The notes beneath the pieces were generated by a model, which saw only the letters and a list, made by a program, of their open reading frames with translations, made no database searches and was not told where the DNA came from. The position numbers and the translations under genes are program-made. DNA of 63,998 nucleotides, filler included, from Chrysochromulina tobinii (Eukaryota), in the NCBI GenBank assembly GCA_001275005.1. It is 12 parts of 12 records of this genome, joined end to end, with 100 filler letters (N's around TTAATTAATTAA, not from the genome) between each part and the next. Parts side by side here need not be neighbours in the genome. Positions count along the whole stretch, not along the records: positions 39,511 to 49,371 come from JWZX01000677.1; positions 49,472 to 54,050 come from JWZX01000678.1; positions 54,151 to 57,280 come from JWZX01000681.1; positions 57,381 to 60,452 come from JWZX01000686.1; 8 more parts are not named here. One strand, given 5' to 3'. Within the stretch, counting starts at the first letter, position 1; each line of letters begins with the position of its first letter. Shown piece by piece: positions 46,987 to 60,300 of the stretch.

Positions 46987-49371
46987 ATGGACGCGAGTGG
47001 TGGTAGCTTCGTGGCGGCCAATGCGATGGTCGACGCGCTCCGTCGCGGCGACGAGGCCAAGGCCGAGGGCCTCATCGACAGGGTGACAGGAGCGGCCCAC
47101 CTCGGCCTTTGCCTGCTTCGTGCATGTGAGACTGGTCACCCTAAGTGCACGAAGCTGCTGCTCGCCGCCCACGCCGCCGTCGACCATGCAGACAGCGACG
47201 GCGTCACGCCTCTGTTCGCCGCCTGCGTCAAAGGGCGCGGCGACTGCGTGCAGCTACTGCTCGCCGCCCACGCCACCGTCGACCAGGCAGACAGCGACGG
47301 CAACACGCCTCTGATCGCCGCCTGCGACAGAGGCCACGGCGTCTGCGTGCAGCAGCTGCTCACCGCCCACGCCGTCGTCGACGAGGCAGACAGCAACGGC
47401 TTCACGCCTCTGATCGCCGCCTGCGACAAAGGGTACGGCGACTGCGTGCAGCTGCTGCACGCCGCCCACGCCGCCGTCGACCAGGCAGACAGCGACGGCA
47501 ACACGCCTCTGTTCGCCGCCTGCGGCAAAGGCAACGGCGACTGCGTGCAGCTGCTGCTCGCCGCCCACGCCGTCGTCGACCAGGCAAACCGCAATGGCTT
47601 CACGCCTCTAATCGCCGCCTGCACCAAAGGCGACGGCGGCTGCGTGCGGCTGCTGCTCGCCGCCCACGCCGCCGTCGACCAGGCAGACAGCAACGGCAAC
47701 ACGCCTCTGATCATGGCTTGCGACAAAGGGCGCGGCGACTGCGTGCGGCTGCTGCTCGCCGCCCACGCCGCCGTCGACCAGGCAAACACCGACGGCATCA
47801 CGCCTCTGCTCATCGCCTGCGACAGAGGCCACGGCGGCTGCGTGCAGCTGCTGCTCGCCGCCCACGCCGTCGTCGACCAGGCAGACAGCAGCGGTACCAC
47901 GCCTCTGTTCGCCGCCTGCGTCAAAGGGCGCGGCGACTGCGTGCAGCTGCTGCTCGCCGCCCACGCCGTCGTCGACCAGGCAGACAGCAACAGCCGCACG
48001 CCACTGTACGCCGCCTGCATCAAAGGCAGCGGTGACTGCGCGCGGCTGCTGCTCGCCGCCCACGCCGTCGTCGACCAGGCAGACAGCAGCGGTACCACGC
48101 CTCTGTACGCTGCCTGCGACAAAGGGTACGGCGGCTGCGTGCAGCTGCTGCTCGCCGCCCACGCCGCCGTCGACCAGGCAGACAGCGACGGTACCACGCC
48201 TCTGTACGCCGCCTGCGACGAAGGCCACGGCAAGTGTGTGCAGCTGCTGCTCGCCGCCCACGCCGCCGTCGACCAGGCACACAGCGACGGCGTCACGCCT
48301 CTGATTGCCGCCTGCGATGAAGGCCACGGCGGCTGCGTGCGGCTGCTGCTCGCCGCCCACGCCGCCGTCAACCAGGCAGCCTGTGACGGCGTCACGCCTC
48401 TGTACGCCGCCTGCTTCAAAGGCCACGGCAAATGCGCGCAAATGCTGCTCGCCGCCCACGCCGCCGTCAACCAGGCAGCCAGCAACGGCGTCACGGCTCT
48501 GATCGCCGCCTGCAACGAAGGCCACGGCGACATAGTCAAGGTGCTCGTGCATGCTGGCGCACGCACCGACATGCGATGCGGTGCGGCCACAGCCCTCAAT
48601 CTCGCAGAGGCCCACGGCCATACCGCCATCGCAACATTCCTGCGCAGCCGGCGCCGCGCACCTGCGACGATCGCTGCGGTCGCTCCGGTGTCGAGTGCGG
48701 AGCGTGCGGCAGCCGAGCGGGCAGCCGAGCTTGCCGCTGCGGCTCTGCTGGCTGAGGAGGAGGCGGAGGCTGCGCACAAGCAGCAGGCGCACACGAAGAA
48801 AGCGAGCAAGAAAGCCAAAGCCAAGCAGGCAGGGGCGAGCGAGGCGAGAGCGTCGGCAGCGAGTGCGTCAGCGGCCGCGAGTGGCAGCGCCGAGGCGGAC
48901 AGCGCTGTGTTGGCGGCGGCTGGCGACGAGGACGTTGTTGGTCCTCCTGCTCCTTCTGCCGCCGCCGACGAGGCGCTGCGTGTGGCCATGGCGGCCGCGC
49001 AGTACGAGGGCCTGGTCGGTGCGATCGAGGAGCACCACGCACTCGCAAGCGAGGATGTGTTGGCGGAGGCGAGGGCGATGCGCGAGCGCTTGCACAAGAA
49101 GCGCAAGCAGGAGAGCCAGAAGCTGCGTCGCAAGCACGCGGCGGAGATGAAGATGCAAGCCAGCCTGTCGAAGCTGTCGCTGCACGAGGTCACACAGTCG
49201 CCGCCTGCCACAGGCTCAGCATCCGCAGAAGCGGCGCGGGCATCGGAGGCCCCGGAGGCACCCTCGGTGCCGCCTGCAGCTGTCGCCCTCACGCTCGCCG
49301 AGCTTGCGGCGGCGACGGACGGCTTTGGAGAGCAGCGGCTCATCGGCAGCGGCGGCTACGGCAACGTTTTC
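46987..49371 (+). CDS. Ankyrin-repeat protein (about 15 repeats) followed by the start of a Pelle/IRAK/RLK-like kinase, 3' truncated
   Basis: 99-bp tandem ANK units (DQADSxGxTPLxAACxxGxGxCVxLLLAAHA); ends LTLAELAAATDGFGEQRLIGSGGYGNVF. Confidence 0.88.
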
Positions 49372-50549
49372 NNNNNNNNNNNNNNNNNNNNNNNNNNNNN
49401 NNNNNNNNNNNNNNNTTAATTAATTAANNNNNNNNNNNNNNNNNNNNNNNNNNNNNNNNNNNNNNNNNNNNGTAGTACGAAAGAAAAATCCCGAGGTCCG
49501 CCGCCCGCCCGGCGGCCGTCGTTCCCTGACCCGTTCGGCTTCGCCTCCCCGACCGCGCGTCGCGCCCGCCCGCCCGCCGACCGTCCGCCCGCCCGCGCGC
49601 CGCCCGTCGCGGGCGCGGCGTCCGGGGCGTCGCAGCACGACAAATGGAGATCGGACATCACCCGGCGGCGGCGCGAACCGTCGGGTCAGGACCTCACTCC
49701 TGTCCGCCTCGACATGGGCGCACCCGTATGGGGCCATCCCCGCCCCGGCGCCACCGCTGGGGTTTATCCTATTTGGATCGATCCGACCACTCGTTCCTCG
49801 TCGAGGGCTCCACGCTTGCGTAGCATGGCCGTCGATCGGAACACCTCGAGACTTCCGCGACGGCGTGCGGGCCGAAGCGCCCGAACCGCCATCCGGCGTG
49901 CGCTCTCGGTCGCGAAGCCGCCGCAAAACCAGACCGAGTGGAAAGGCACGCGTGCCTTGCCGGTGCGAGAACTCGTATCGCGCGGTCTGGGACATACATA
50001 AAAGACTTTCGCACGGAGCCGAGGACCTGCGGGCAACCACTGCCAAGCACGCAGGGGTGCTCGGTCCTGATGTGCTGCTGCTGCCGCACCGACAGTGGCC
50101 GCCTTCCTGCTCGTGCTGCTCGCCTGCCGCCGCCTTGGCCGCCGCCTTGACCGCGTCGCCTCCGCCTCACGCGCGCCCCCCATCCGCGCGCCGCTCCATC
50201 GCTGGCTCGTCCCCTGGCTGCATGCGCACCTTCTTGAGATGCACCTGGAGCAATCTCGCCTCTTCACGAGCTCGATCGAGATTGGAACATTCCTCGTCCT
50301 TGAGGCGGCCCTCAAGCACCTCGATGCGTGCGCGCGCGTGGCGGCGGCTCGATTGGAGGATCGCGGCTCCATCACACTCTCTTCTTCAGCGCCACCGCCT
50401 CAGCCACTGCGACGAGCAGCGAGGTGGCGAGGGTGAGGCATCCGAGCAGGATTGGCGACCTGCGCACGGGGATTCTGCTGAAGGGCAAAGCGGTTGGGCC
50501 GGGCGGCCTCGGCAGCGAAGTGGCGTCCTCGGCCGCGCACTAGCTGCGT

Positions 50550-51330
50550 ACCACTCGCTCGCTTGGGGGCCTTTTGGAGGCATGCATGCACGAGCTGCAG
50601 CTCGTCGAGCGGCACTCGCTCCTGCACATCAGGGTATTCACTAGGCACGGGGCCCTCGACGATCGTCTTGACAAGCTCAAAGTAGCTCCTGCAGGGCGGG
50701 AAGGGGTAGGTGCCGAGCGCCGCCTCGAGCGCGATTAGGCCGACGGACCACACGTCGGAAGCGAAGCCGTAGGGGTCGCCACGCAGAGGCGCTCGGTTGA
50801 CATGTACGCGACAGTGCCCACCTACGTGCTCGCCTGCGCATGCATGCAGGAGCCGAGCTGCTTGGCGATCCCAAAGTGAGAGAGCTTCACACAGCCAGCC
50901 GAGTCGAGGAGTACGTTGGCAGGCTTCAGGCCGCGATGCACAGCCTTCTGCTCATGGTGAAGATACGTGAGGCCCTGCAAGATTTGGAAGAGCACCGATG
51001 CGCTCACGCCCTCGGGCACCAGCTGCGCCGGCGTGCTCTTCGCCGCGCGTAGCAGCCCCTCGAGTGAGCCGCAGTCCATGTACTCGAGCGCAAGGTAGAT
51101 GGAGCCATCGTGGAAGAAAGCGTCATACAAGGAGATGAGGTGGTCGGATAGGGCGTTGAATACGATCTTGATCTCGTTGAGTATCATGCGCCGCGATTCC
51201 CGCGAGGCCTCGAGCTCTGCTCGCAGCACCTTGACGGCGATTGCCTTCCCGGTGGGGCTGTCCGCGGCTCTGTACACACGCGACGTGGCGCCGCGGCCGC
51301 GCACCTTTCGCTCGCTTGGGTAGCCGCCGC
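50550..51330 (-). pseudogene. MAP kinase kinase (STE7) pseudogene fragment
   Basis: IAVKV, YDAFFHDGSIYLALEYMDCGSL, but HRGLKP and LSHFG lack the catalytic Asps; in-frame TAG before VGTVAYMS; frameshift before SDVWSVG. Confidence 0.85.
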
Positions 51331-51489
51331 GCCCAGGAGACGAATCCAAAGGCAAAAGCCGGAGGACGAGGGGGGCAAAAGGAGGACGAGGAGACTCGCC
51401 GAGCCAGCGTTCGGAGTGTGTGCAGGAAGTTTTGAAACAGGCAAAGTTTTGATCGACATCTTCAGGTTTTTTCAGACGTAAGTTGTATT

Positions 51490-51738
51490 ATGCAAATGGC
51501 TGATCCTGCGAGTGTTGCTGTATGTGCAGTTTTGCTTGGCATGCTTAGCCAAGCAAGGGACCATGCAGATCCTAGGATCAAGAAACTCAAGGCTACAATT
51601 GAAAGTGGCGCAAGCGTCAGAGATGCGAAGGCACTTCAGGCAAAGATAGACAAGTTCAAGAAGGAAAATCACACCGCCGAACGTGCGTTCAACTTCGGCG
51701 CCGATGTGGATGAATTTATGGCTTATTTTGTGAAATGA
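51490..51738 (+). CDS. Small hypothetical protein (82 aa)
   Basis: Clean ORF in a lower-GC segment; hydrophobic N-terminus plus helical Lys-rich body. Confidence 0.4.
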   Translation: MQMADPASVAVCAVLLGMLSQARDHADPRIKKLKATIESGASVRDAKALQAKIDKFKKENHTAERAFNFGADVDEFMAYFVK

Positions 51739-53204
51739 TGTTGGGGTTTGTGGTGACACAACCGTGTTCATGTGTGAATCGTGGTGGGTGTCTGTGAATA
51801 GTGGTGGGTGTCTGTAACCGATCATCGTATGGTCGAGGCTGTCCAGTTTGCCTTGGGCCACTCCCTGTCTGGTCCGTGTTGACTGGACGACAGTTTACGA
51901 TGGACACAGATACCTGACACACAGGATACATTCATGATATAGTAGGGATACAACATGTACATTCGAGGATACGTAGTCTGGTCTCATACCGCTCGGCCAT
52001 CGCCGCGTAAAGACGCGCGTGGTCGGGATTGCTTGTCCGTCGAACGGGAGGTTGCTCTGCAGGTTGACCATCCTCGTGTACAGTATGTACATGTACAGCT
52101 TGCGTCATAAAAGCCTCAAATTCTTAAGTTTTCTTCAGTGGAATCGTACGCTTGTTCTTCGTGCCGATCTTGGTCAGGTCGAGCGGTTTTGAGGTTAGGT
52201 CTAGCACCCACCACTGTGCGAAAGACACCCCTTGTTTGCCTTTGCCGAGCGTATCGCCCCGACCATGTGCATATACGGACTGCCGTAGTTAAAGCCTTCC
52301 ACCTCCTCCGGGCCCACGGCGCGGCCGAGTGCGAGTGCGAGTTCGAAGGCGCCTAACTCACTGAGCGTAGTCATCGATTGCGCTGCCAGGTCAGCCGCCC
52401 GATCTCCTTCGTGATGACCACCAGCTTCTGCGAGGCATCAAGAGTAACCACACCCTGGTAAAGAGCACGGAACCACGCAGCAAAGCGCAGCTTCTCCGAC
52501 GAGAGCACCGTCGATGCCTGCGACTTGCAAACGTCATCAATCACGGCATTCCAGATGAGGAGGCGGGCCTTGATACCTTGATGTCGTCTTCGGTGAGCAC
52601 GGCATCCGAGTCAGGAACATCGGCTTCTGCGAACATGTCATCGCCGAAGGCCGTGCCTACGAGCTCGCACGAGTTCGAGGAGAAGGGCGTGACGCCGTCC
52701 CGGGCTCCGGCGCCGTCGTGGGCACCCCCCCCCCAAACGCCTCGTCGGCCGTACCGATCGCCTCGCCCGCAGCTACAGAAGACGCCGCCGACGTCACTGT
52801 CTCGGCTGCTTCCGAATCATCCGCGCCCACTGGCGCGGAACAGTCACTCCCTTGTGACTCTCGATGCTCAACTTGTGGGGGCGCATGGTTGGGGGAAAAC
52901 GGTCTCGCCGCCGACGCCCTCTCCGCCGCCGTCCTCGCCCTCGCTGTCGCCGCCCTCGCTGCTGCCGCTGCCTCCCTTGCCACCGCCGCCACCATCACCA
53001 CCCGACAGCCGTTGCTGCTGCTGCTGCCGTTGCTATCGCCGCTCCTTCCACCACTGCAGCCGCCATCGCCACCATCGATAGCATCGCCTCCGCCGCCGAT
53101 AGCACCGCTGCCGCAGCCCATGTGCATTCTTAAGCATCATGAAGCAAGTAAGATCGCGCCCCGGCGCTCATCGAAATCGGGTGTTAAATCCTCCTAAGTG
53201 CACC

Positions 53205-54050
53205 GGAATTCATAATAATGCATCTGAATGCATCACAGGTAGAATGCAGCACATTCAAAATGCACCAAGCTGAGAATGTATTGGAATGCGTTAAGATGCG
53301 GCACGTATAGAATGCAACATACAAAGAATGCACATGAATGCATCTTGTACAATGAATGCACGAGAATGCAACAAGCTAAGAAAATGCAACCAAAATAGGA
53401 TGCATTCAAATGCACATGAATGTTCACCTCCATCACATTCAGCTGTACCCTCCTGATCCCATTACTATCTAAGATGGTGACATGCGTTTCGGATTTCCCT
53501 ACTACCTTCCCCCTACAGTATCTCGCGCAGCACGCACCCCACTTCCTCCTCGCCGCCTTGCTCACAAGGTTCGCTGGAGCATCCTTGACGTACCTGTACA
53601 CAACTGGCATGCCAAACTCGAGAGACTCGAAGAGCGCACGACCACGCAGAGGCAGGGTTGCTTGATCGTCCGCATCTAGAGGACCGTCTCCTGGAACGAG
53701 AGGAGGTCGTAGATATGCACGATCATGCATCACACCACAAAACATTGCCTTGCGCTGCAGCACGCCCATGGCGTTCGCGGGTAAGGAGCAGAACAGGGAC
53801 AGGAGCCTATCACCATCAGCCACATCAGGAACAGCTGTGCAGTGTGGCTGAACACGTCCGTCCCACGATATCCAGCAACCGTGACATAGCTCGATCGAGG
53901 GTGGAGTGTTGTTTTTTCCCGAAAGTGGTGTTGTTTTTTCCCATACGCATTCATGTGCATTTGTATGCATGCGTGTGCATTCATATGCATTTAATTGGAT
54001 TTTGCATGCATTCAGACGCGCTGCATTCTACAAATCGGTTGCATTCGAAC
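53205..54050. repeat. GAATGCA-rich subrepeat blocks in inverted orientation flanking a ~500-bp core
   Basis: GAATGCA repeats at 53205-53420; TGCATTC repeats at 53940-54050. Confidence 0.55.
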
Positions 54051-54150
54051 NNNNNNNNNNNNNNNNNNNNNNNNNNNNNNNNNNNNNNNNNNNNTTAATT
54101 AATTAANNNNNNNNNNNNNNNNNNNNNNNNNNNNNNNNNNNNNNNNNNNN

Positions 54151-55783
54151 TGAGGCGGGCGCCATGCCCCGGCTCGCCAAGGCTGCGAGTGAGGACGCGT
54201 TCCTTGCGCCACGAAGGCTGTCGCAGCTCGCGGTGGAGATGCTCGCGTCCCTCCTCCAGCAGCGCCCGACGAGCAACGAGCTGACGCCCAGCATCACGCG
54301 GCTCCTCGTGCGCTCCGCGGACGGCGCCACAACGCCGCATGCCGCACGAGCGGCCCTTTTCGAGGATGCATTGCCCGCGTTGAGCAAGGAGGTTCGTCAG
54401 AACATGGCGGAGGCGTGCATTGGCGTGCTGGGGCTGCGGAATGCGCCCAACGAGCTGCAGGACGCGGCGGCACGGCGGCTCCTCGACGAGCCCGATCGCG
54501 CGCTGCGTGCCGACATGCTGCCTCGCTGGTGTGCGGCGTTGCAGACGGACGAGGCCGACGCTTCGAGCCGCACCGCGCGCGTGCTCGCGCGCGTTCGGGC
54601 CGCTGAGTTGGACGCCGTGCCGAGCGCGCTCCGATGCGTGATTACGGCGCTCGCCGAGGCCGCCCCAGCCATAGCGAGCGACCTCGCATCCGTCGTGCAT
54701 GTGATCGCGGGAGCTCGATCGCAAGCAGGCTACAGCCTGCTGCTCGATGGCGGCGCAGTGCAGGCCCTCCTCGGGCAGCTGCCGCACGAGGACTCGTCCG
54801 TCATGGTCGCCGAGGCGCTCGCCAAGCTCGCGCAAACCGACGACGGCCAAGACGAGCTGATCAGGGCTAAGGCAGCTCCACAGCTGCTGGCGGTTGCGCT
54901 CGAGGCTGCCGAGGATGCGGCCGCCGCCGACGCGGTCCGTGCGCTCGCCCGCCTTGCGGTGCACGCCGACGGGCGCGCGCAGCTGTCAAAGCTCGCAGAG
55001 CTTGCGCTCAAGGGGGAGCGCGCCCTGCGGCTCCTCGCCATTGCGATCGCGACGTCGAGCGTGTGCGCACGTGCCGTGGCGGAGCCGGCGATGCGGATCA
55101 TCGAGGCGGCGCTCGCGTCGCGTCGGCCTCCGTCGACGGCCATGCTGAAATTGCTCCACGCGGTCGTTGCCTCTGGCGAGCTCAAGCAGCGCGAACAGAT
55201 TGCAAACGACGCCGCATTGGAGGCCATCGCATCCGCCGTCGAGGGGGAGGATCCGTACGGGATCGCCTTGCGCTCCTTGGTGGACCTCATCGACAAGGTT
55301 GACGAGGCCCGCTCGAAGGTGCTGCAACTCAACCTGCCGGAGCGCATCCTGCTGCGAACCCTGGACACCGACTCTCGACCTCAACGTTACCAAGCAATCA
55401 ACTTGGTCATGGTCTTGAGCCGCTCCGAAGACGGCGCCGCCGCTGTGGTGCGCGTCGACGGCGTCGTGGCAGGGCTCGCCCGCCTCGCCACAGATCAGCG
55501 CGATTCGCAGCTAGCGTCCCATGCCGACGCGCAGCTGGCCACGCTGCTCAGCAAGCTCGCCGATGCGGCGACGGAACAGGCCGCGCGCAACATGGCGGCA
55601 GACGAGCGCTTCGAGCCGCTGCTCCGCCTCCAGCCCGAGAGCAAGGCACTCAAGGCGCTGGTGCGCAGCGACAAGGGCCGTGCTCGAGCCCGCCGGGCGC
55701 TCGCGCACGTGCTCGCAACCAACGTGGGCCGCGAAGAGATAGGTTCTTATAAAATCCGGAACGCGGCGCCACAGGCGCCGTAA
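54151..55783 (+). CDS. ARM/HEAT-like alpha-solenoid protein, 5' truncated
   Basis: 539+ aa Ala/Leu-rich helical ORF, e.g. LLDGGAVQALLGQL...AEALAKLAQTDDGQDELIRAKAAPQLL. Confidence 0.6.
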
Positions 55784-56519
55784 CCAGCACCGAGCGCGCG
55801 AAGCGCAGCGAGGTTTGATTAACTACCTACGCACCACTGGCGCCAGCGTATCCTCGAACCACAGGTGGAGCGCGGTATCACGAACCACTGGCACTTAGGT
55901 ACGCTTGCACAGGCCCAGCATGTGTTTTGGGATGGGGTTAGTAAATGCTACGCTTCACTGGCCCAGCATAACGACGCCTTACAGGTGGAGCGGTATGACG
56001 AACCACTGGCACTTAGGGTAACGAACCACAGGGAGATACGTGTTTAGTCCGTCTAACCCTTAGTAAATCCCCTCGGAACCACTGGTATCAGTTAAACGGC
56101 TACGGCCTACGCCGCACGGAGCGCGCGAAGCGCAAGCGGAGTTTGCTTCACTGAATATGGGCTGCTGGATACGCACAAATATATACCCCATTGACCCCCT
56201 CATGCACAGGCAGAGTTTCTTTTGGCGCGACCCCATTGACCCCCTCATGCACAGGCAGAGTTTCTTTTGGCGAAGCTACGGTGCAGCTGCCTTGCGCTTG
56301 CGGCCCAGCCCCTTCTCGCGTGCAAACACATCGCGCCAGCGGCCGCCAACCCGCGTGCGATGTGCGGAGAGGAGTTCCGGGGACCAGGTCCTGCGATCCG
56401 AGAGAGGCCTGCCGTGCCGACTCCTGAATCCGCTCGTTGGCCGCGTGAAGCCGCAGCAACGTCGAGCTTGCCACGACGTACTTTCATTACCATGTGAGCG
56501 CCCGGCACGGCGTTTATTG

Positions 56520-57280
56520 AGAGGTCCGAGGGTCCCGGGAGGGTCCCGAGGGGTCCCGAGGGTCCCGGGGGGTCCCGAGGGTCCCAGAGGGTCCAGAGGG
56601 TCTTGGTCATCTGCTGTGAATTCACAGTAGGTAAGTGTGAATTCACAGCTTGAAGTGTGAATTCACAGCAGAGGGTCCCGAGGGTCCCGAGGGGTCCCGG
56701 GGGTCCCGAGGGTCCCGGAGGGTCCCGTGGGTTTGACCCTCTTGGTCTTCTGCTGTGAATTCACAGTAGGTAAGTGTGAATTCACAGCTTGAAGTGTGAA
56801 TTCACAGCAGAGGGTCCCGGAGGGTCCCGAGGGGTCCCGGGGGTCCCGAGGGTCCCGGAGGGTCCCGTGGGTTTGACCCTCTTGGTCATCTGCTGTGAAT
56901 TCACAGTATGTAAGTGTGAATTCACAGCTTGAAGTGTGAATTCACAGCAGAGGGTCCCGGAGGGTCCAGAGGGGTCTGACCCTCTTGGTCACTGCTATGA
57001 ATTCACAGTAGTTAAGTGTGAATTCACAGAATTCACAGCAGAGGGTCCCGAGGGTCCCGAGGGTCCCGGGGGTCCCGAGGGTCCCGAGAGCGGAAACCGG
57101 ACAGGGCCGAGGGTCCCGAGGGTCCCGAGGGTCCCGAGGGTCCCGAGGGTCCCGAGGGTCCCGAGGTCCCGAGGGAAGGTCCAGAGGGTCCCGAGGGTCC
57201 CGAGGGTCCCGAGGGTCCAGGAGGGTCCAGAGGGGACACTGTCCGGGACCCCATCTTCGGAGGGTCCCGGAGGGTCCCGA
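56520..57280. repeat. Composite satellite: (GAGGGTCCC)n plus triplets of the palindrome TGTGAATTCACA, ~140-bp higher-order unit
   Basis: Direct reading; TCTTGGTC anchor at ~56601, 56740, 56880, 56983. Confidence 0.9.
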
Positions 57281-57380
57281 NNNNNNNNNNNNNNNNNNNN
57301 NNNNNNNNNNNNNNNNNNNNNNNNTTAATTAATTAANNNNNNNNNNNNNNNNNNNNNNNNNNNNNNNNNNNNNNNNNNNN

Positions 57381-60300
57381 CTTTGAGGGGGTGCCAATCA
57401 ACATCGTGTACGAGTCGCATCACTTCAATGCACTGACCGACGTACAGTCCGCAGATGTGGAATGGCCGGCCCTCGGTAACATGGCGCCCGAGAAACCTAA
57501 GGACCCTGTCAGCAAGCTCCACGAGCAGCTGCTCCGCCTCAAGCAGATCGAGATGCCCGACGCAACCAAGATGCCTAAAATGCCCGAAGCAGCTAAGACG
57601 TACGAAGTACAGCCCGATGTCAGCAAGCACATGGTACCCGAGTGCAAGGCTAAACAGTACGTCGAAGGGAATAACTGGGACGAAGACCGCGAGAAAAGGG
57701 CGACGCTACAGGCGATCAAGGACGTCGAAGAGTTCGAGATGCACAATCAGCCGCAGACTCTGGTGTTCGAACTCGTTACAGGTAAGGCACGCAAGTCGAG
57801 AACCCACGACCACCCGAAGACCGAGACGGTGACTGTGCTCAAGCGGCCTGAGACCAAGAAGACGAAGGGCCAAGACGAGACACCGATGCCGACCGCCACC
57901 AAGGCAGGCACGCGCAAGTCAACCGCCACCGAACATAACGACGAGAAGACAGCCTCCATTGTCGCCGCCGCCGTCATCGCCGCCGCCATCGCCGCCGCCA
58001 AGGTCGACACGAACTTCAACTACCGCATCATGGCACCTGCACGGCGCAAGGTCGCAGCCAAGCATGCAAGTACCCTGAACTCCGCACTGTGCCTGTTACC
58101 GCCATGTCTGCGCTCGCGCCTGCGCCTTCAGTACGCCAACGCACCCTACCTTCGTGGGTCAGCCCCGACGATCATCGGAGTCGACGATGGCGGAACGAAC
58201 CACGCCAAGCCACGGTACGCGAAGGCCAGCGTAACAACGAACTCGCAATCAAGAAAGAGCTCGAGATCGCAGAAGCGCGGAGAACAGCTGGCGCCACAAG
58301 AGGATGTTCTCCATCACACGAAGATGCGACCAAGGCGATGTGCCCGCAGCACTACATCGCGCAAGGAGTGCCACCATGCACTCCCGCCTTTGCAGGCGCG
58401 ACGTCGTGCGCACCGTGCAAACCGTCGACTCATACGCGCATCTGTACGCGCGCTGCCATCGTGCCGCAAGTACACATGCGCCCGACCGCGCCCAGTGCCG
58501 CCTGCACACGGAACGCCCGCGCCCGCCCTTGTACAAAAGCCTGCAACGACCCACGCAGTCAACGATCCGCAGCTACGTCGCTGCGCTCTCGCCGTATCCA
58601 TCACCTTCTCGGAGAGGCTGCATCTGGAACTCAAACCCCATGCTATGCTCACAGCTATGGAAGCCAGCCACGCGCCAGCAGCCTGCGTCGCCCCATCGCC
58701 ACAAATCAACAGAAGGATCGACGACCTCCCCGTATGCATGCAGATCTTTGTGAGGAAATTTGATGGTGCCGCGATCACTCTCGATGTTACGCCGCTCACC
58801 CCTATCGCGGATGTCAAAGCAGGAATCAGTGATAAGACAGGTATACCTGATCATCATCAACGCCTTATCTTCGAAGGTCGACAGCTCGAGGACGAGCGTA
58901 CCGTCGGACACTATGGTATCCGCGCGAAAAGTACCCTGCATGCATTGGGGGTACTCAATGGAGCTGGACGCCGCCACAGTAAGCGCGTGCGCGCATCGTC
59001 AGCGTCAGCAACCCCACCACCGCCGCCGCCTTCGCTGCCGCCCGCGATACATCCCCTCCCTATCGACAATGACATCACCTTCATTGCATCCGACAAATGG
59101 CGAGGAGCACGTCCGAGCATGGCTTTCAAGAATGGGCCACACGGCATCGGCTACTATAGAGATGAAGGCCTCATCAACAATGACGGCGTGTTCGCATCCC
59201 TATCCACGATGCTGTCGAGTACAACACAACGCACGGAGAGCAAGCGCGCGACGGTCGAACACTGGGACGACCCACTGCACGATTTCGGGCTCGACGAAAT
59301 CACCAAGCCCCTTGGAATGTACGTCGAGACGCGACACGAAGAGGCTACCATTAGGCCAAGGCCCAGGGACCTACGACCGGGGGACTTCATCTCCAGCCTC
59401 TCAACATCCATCAGAATCGTATCCACCTGCGACTGGGACACCATCTACTACCGTCTCGTCCACGCAAACATCAAAGGAGGCACCTCAGAATCGATCGAGT
59501 TCATGAAGAAGGCGCCACTCGAAACCAACCCTCAAGTAATCAGGATCATGGAAGCGCTCGACGTGGGCGGGGTCCACAACTTCCCAAATCGCCATAAGAC
59601 GCCAGTATATCCTAACCGCACCCTCAACGGCGCAGACCCCGACGACAGTATCGAGACCACGATCTTAAGCTGCTGGACACAAAACGACGTCTACTTGAGG
59701 CAGTGCGGACCTGAAGGGCACCTGCGATCGGGCAGCACAGTACTCGAGGTCGACGCGTCCCTCGGATTCTCAATACCCACCGAATCTGGAGCTAACCTTC
59801 ATCGTGGGCCTTGGCCGCACGCCGATGACGACACACGCCTCCGCAACATGTGCGCGAGCATAACCCGAGCACAAGCCGCCTCAACAGCAGTTGAGAAGCT
59901 CCTACTGCTGCACATACTCCACACGGGCTACGCACACGCAGAGCTACCTATTTTCTGCCAAGTTCACGACGACTTCCTGAACCACAATGATAAGTTCCGT
60001 CGTGTGCTCTGTATCACGCACCCATCCGGAGACGAACCGAGGACGTGGCTCGATCGCGTTGAGCTACTTGCGCAAGCTTTCAAGATCCGCTTCACATTTG
60101 CCCCCGCTCACCACAGCAAGACGACGGTCAGCTTCGGATGCAAGGGCACTCTCCTCCACCTTCACCAGGACGCTGTACGCCCATACAACCTCCACGAATA
60201 CGAAGATTATATGCGAGGACCGCATGCTTCAATTATGGAGCCGCAAGGTGGATGGTGCCTGCAAGGCTACGGACCCACTTACCGAACCCGCTTAGAACAC

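Noticed and set aside
47136..49343. 735-aa antisense ORF and many other long shadow ORFs (e.g. 1506-2846, 24551-25858, 32846-33421)
   Set aside because: These are by-products of high GC and repeat coding on the opposite strand, with no domain signal
50822..51355. Functional MAP2K or TAG readthrough
   Set aside because: Both catalytic Asp residues are lost and a frameshift follows; this is a pseudogene
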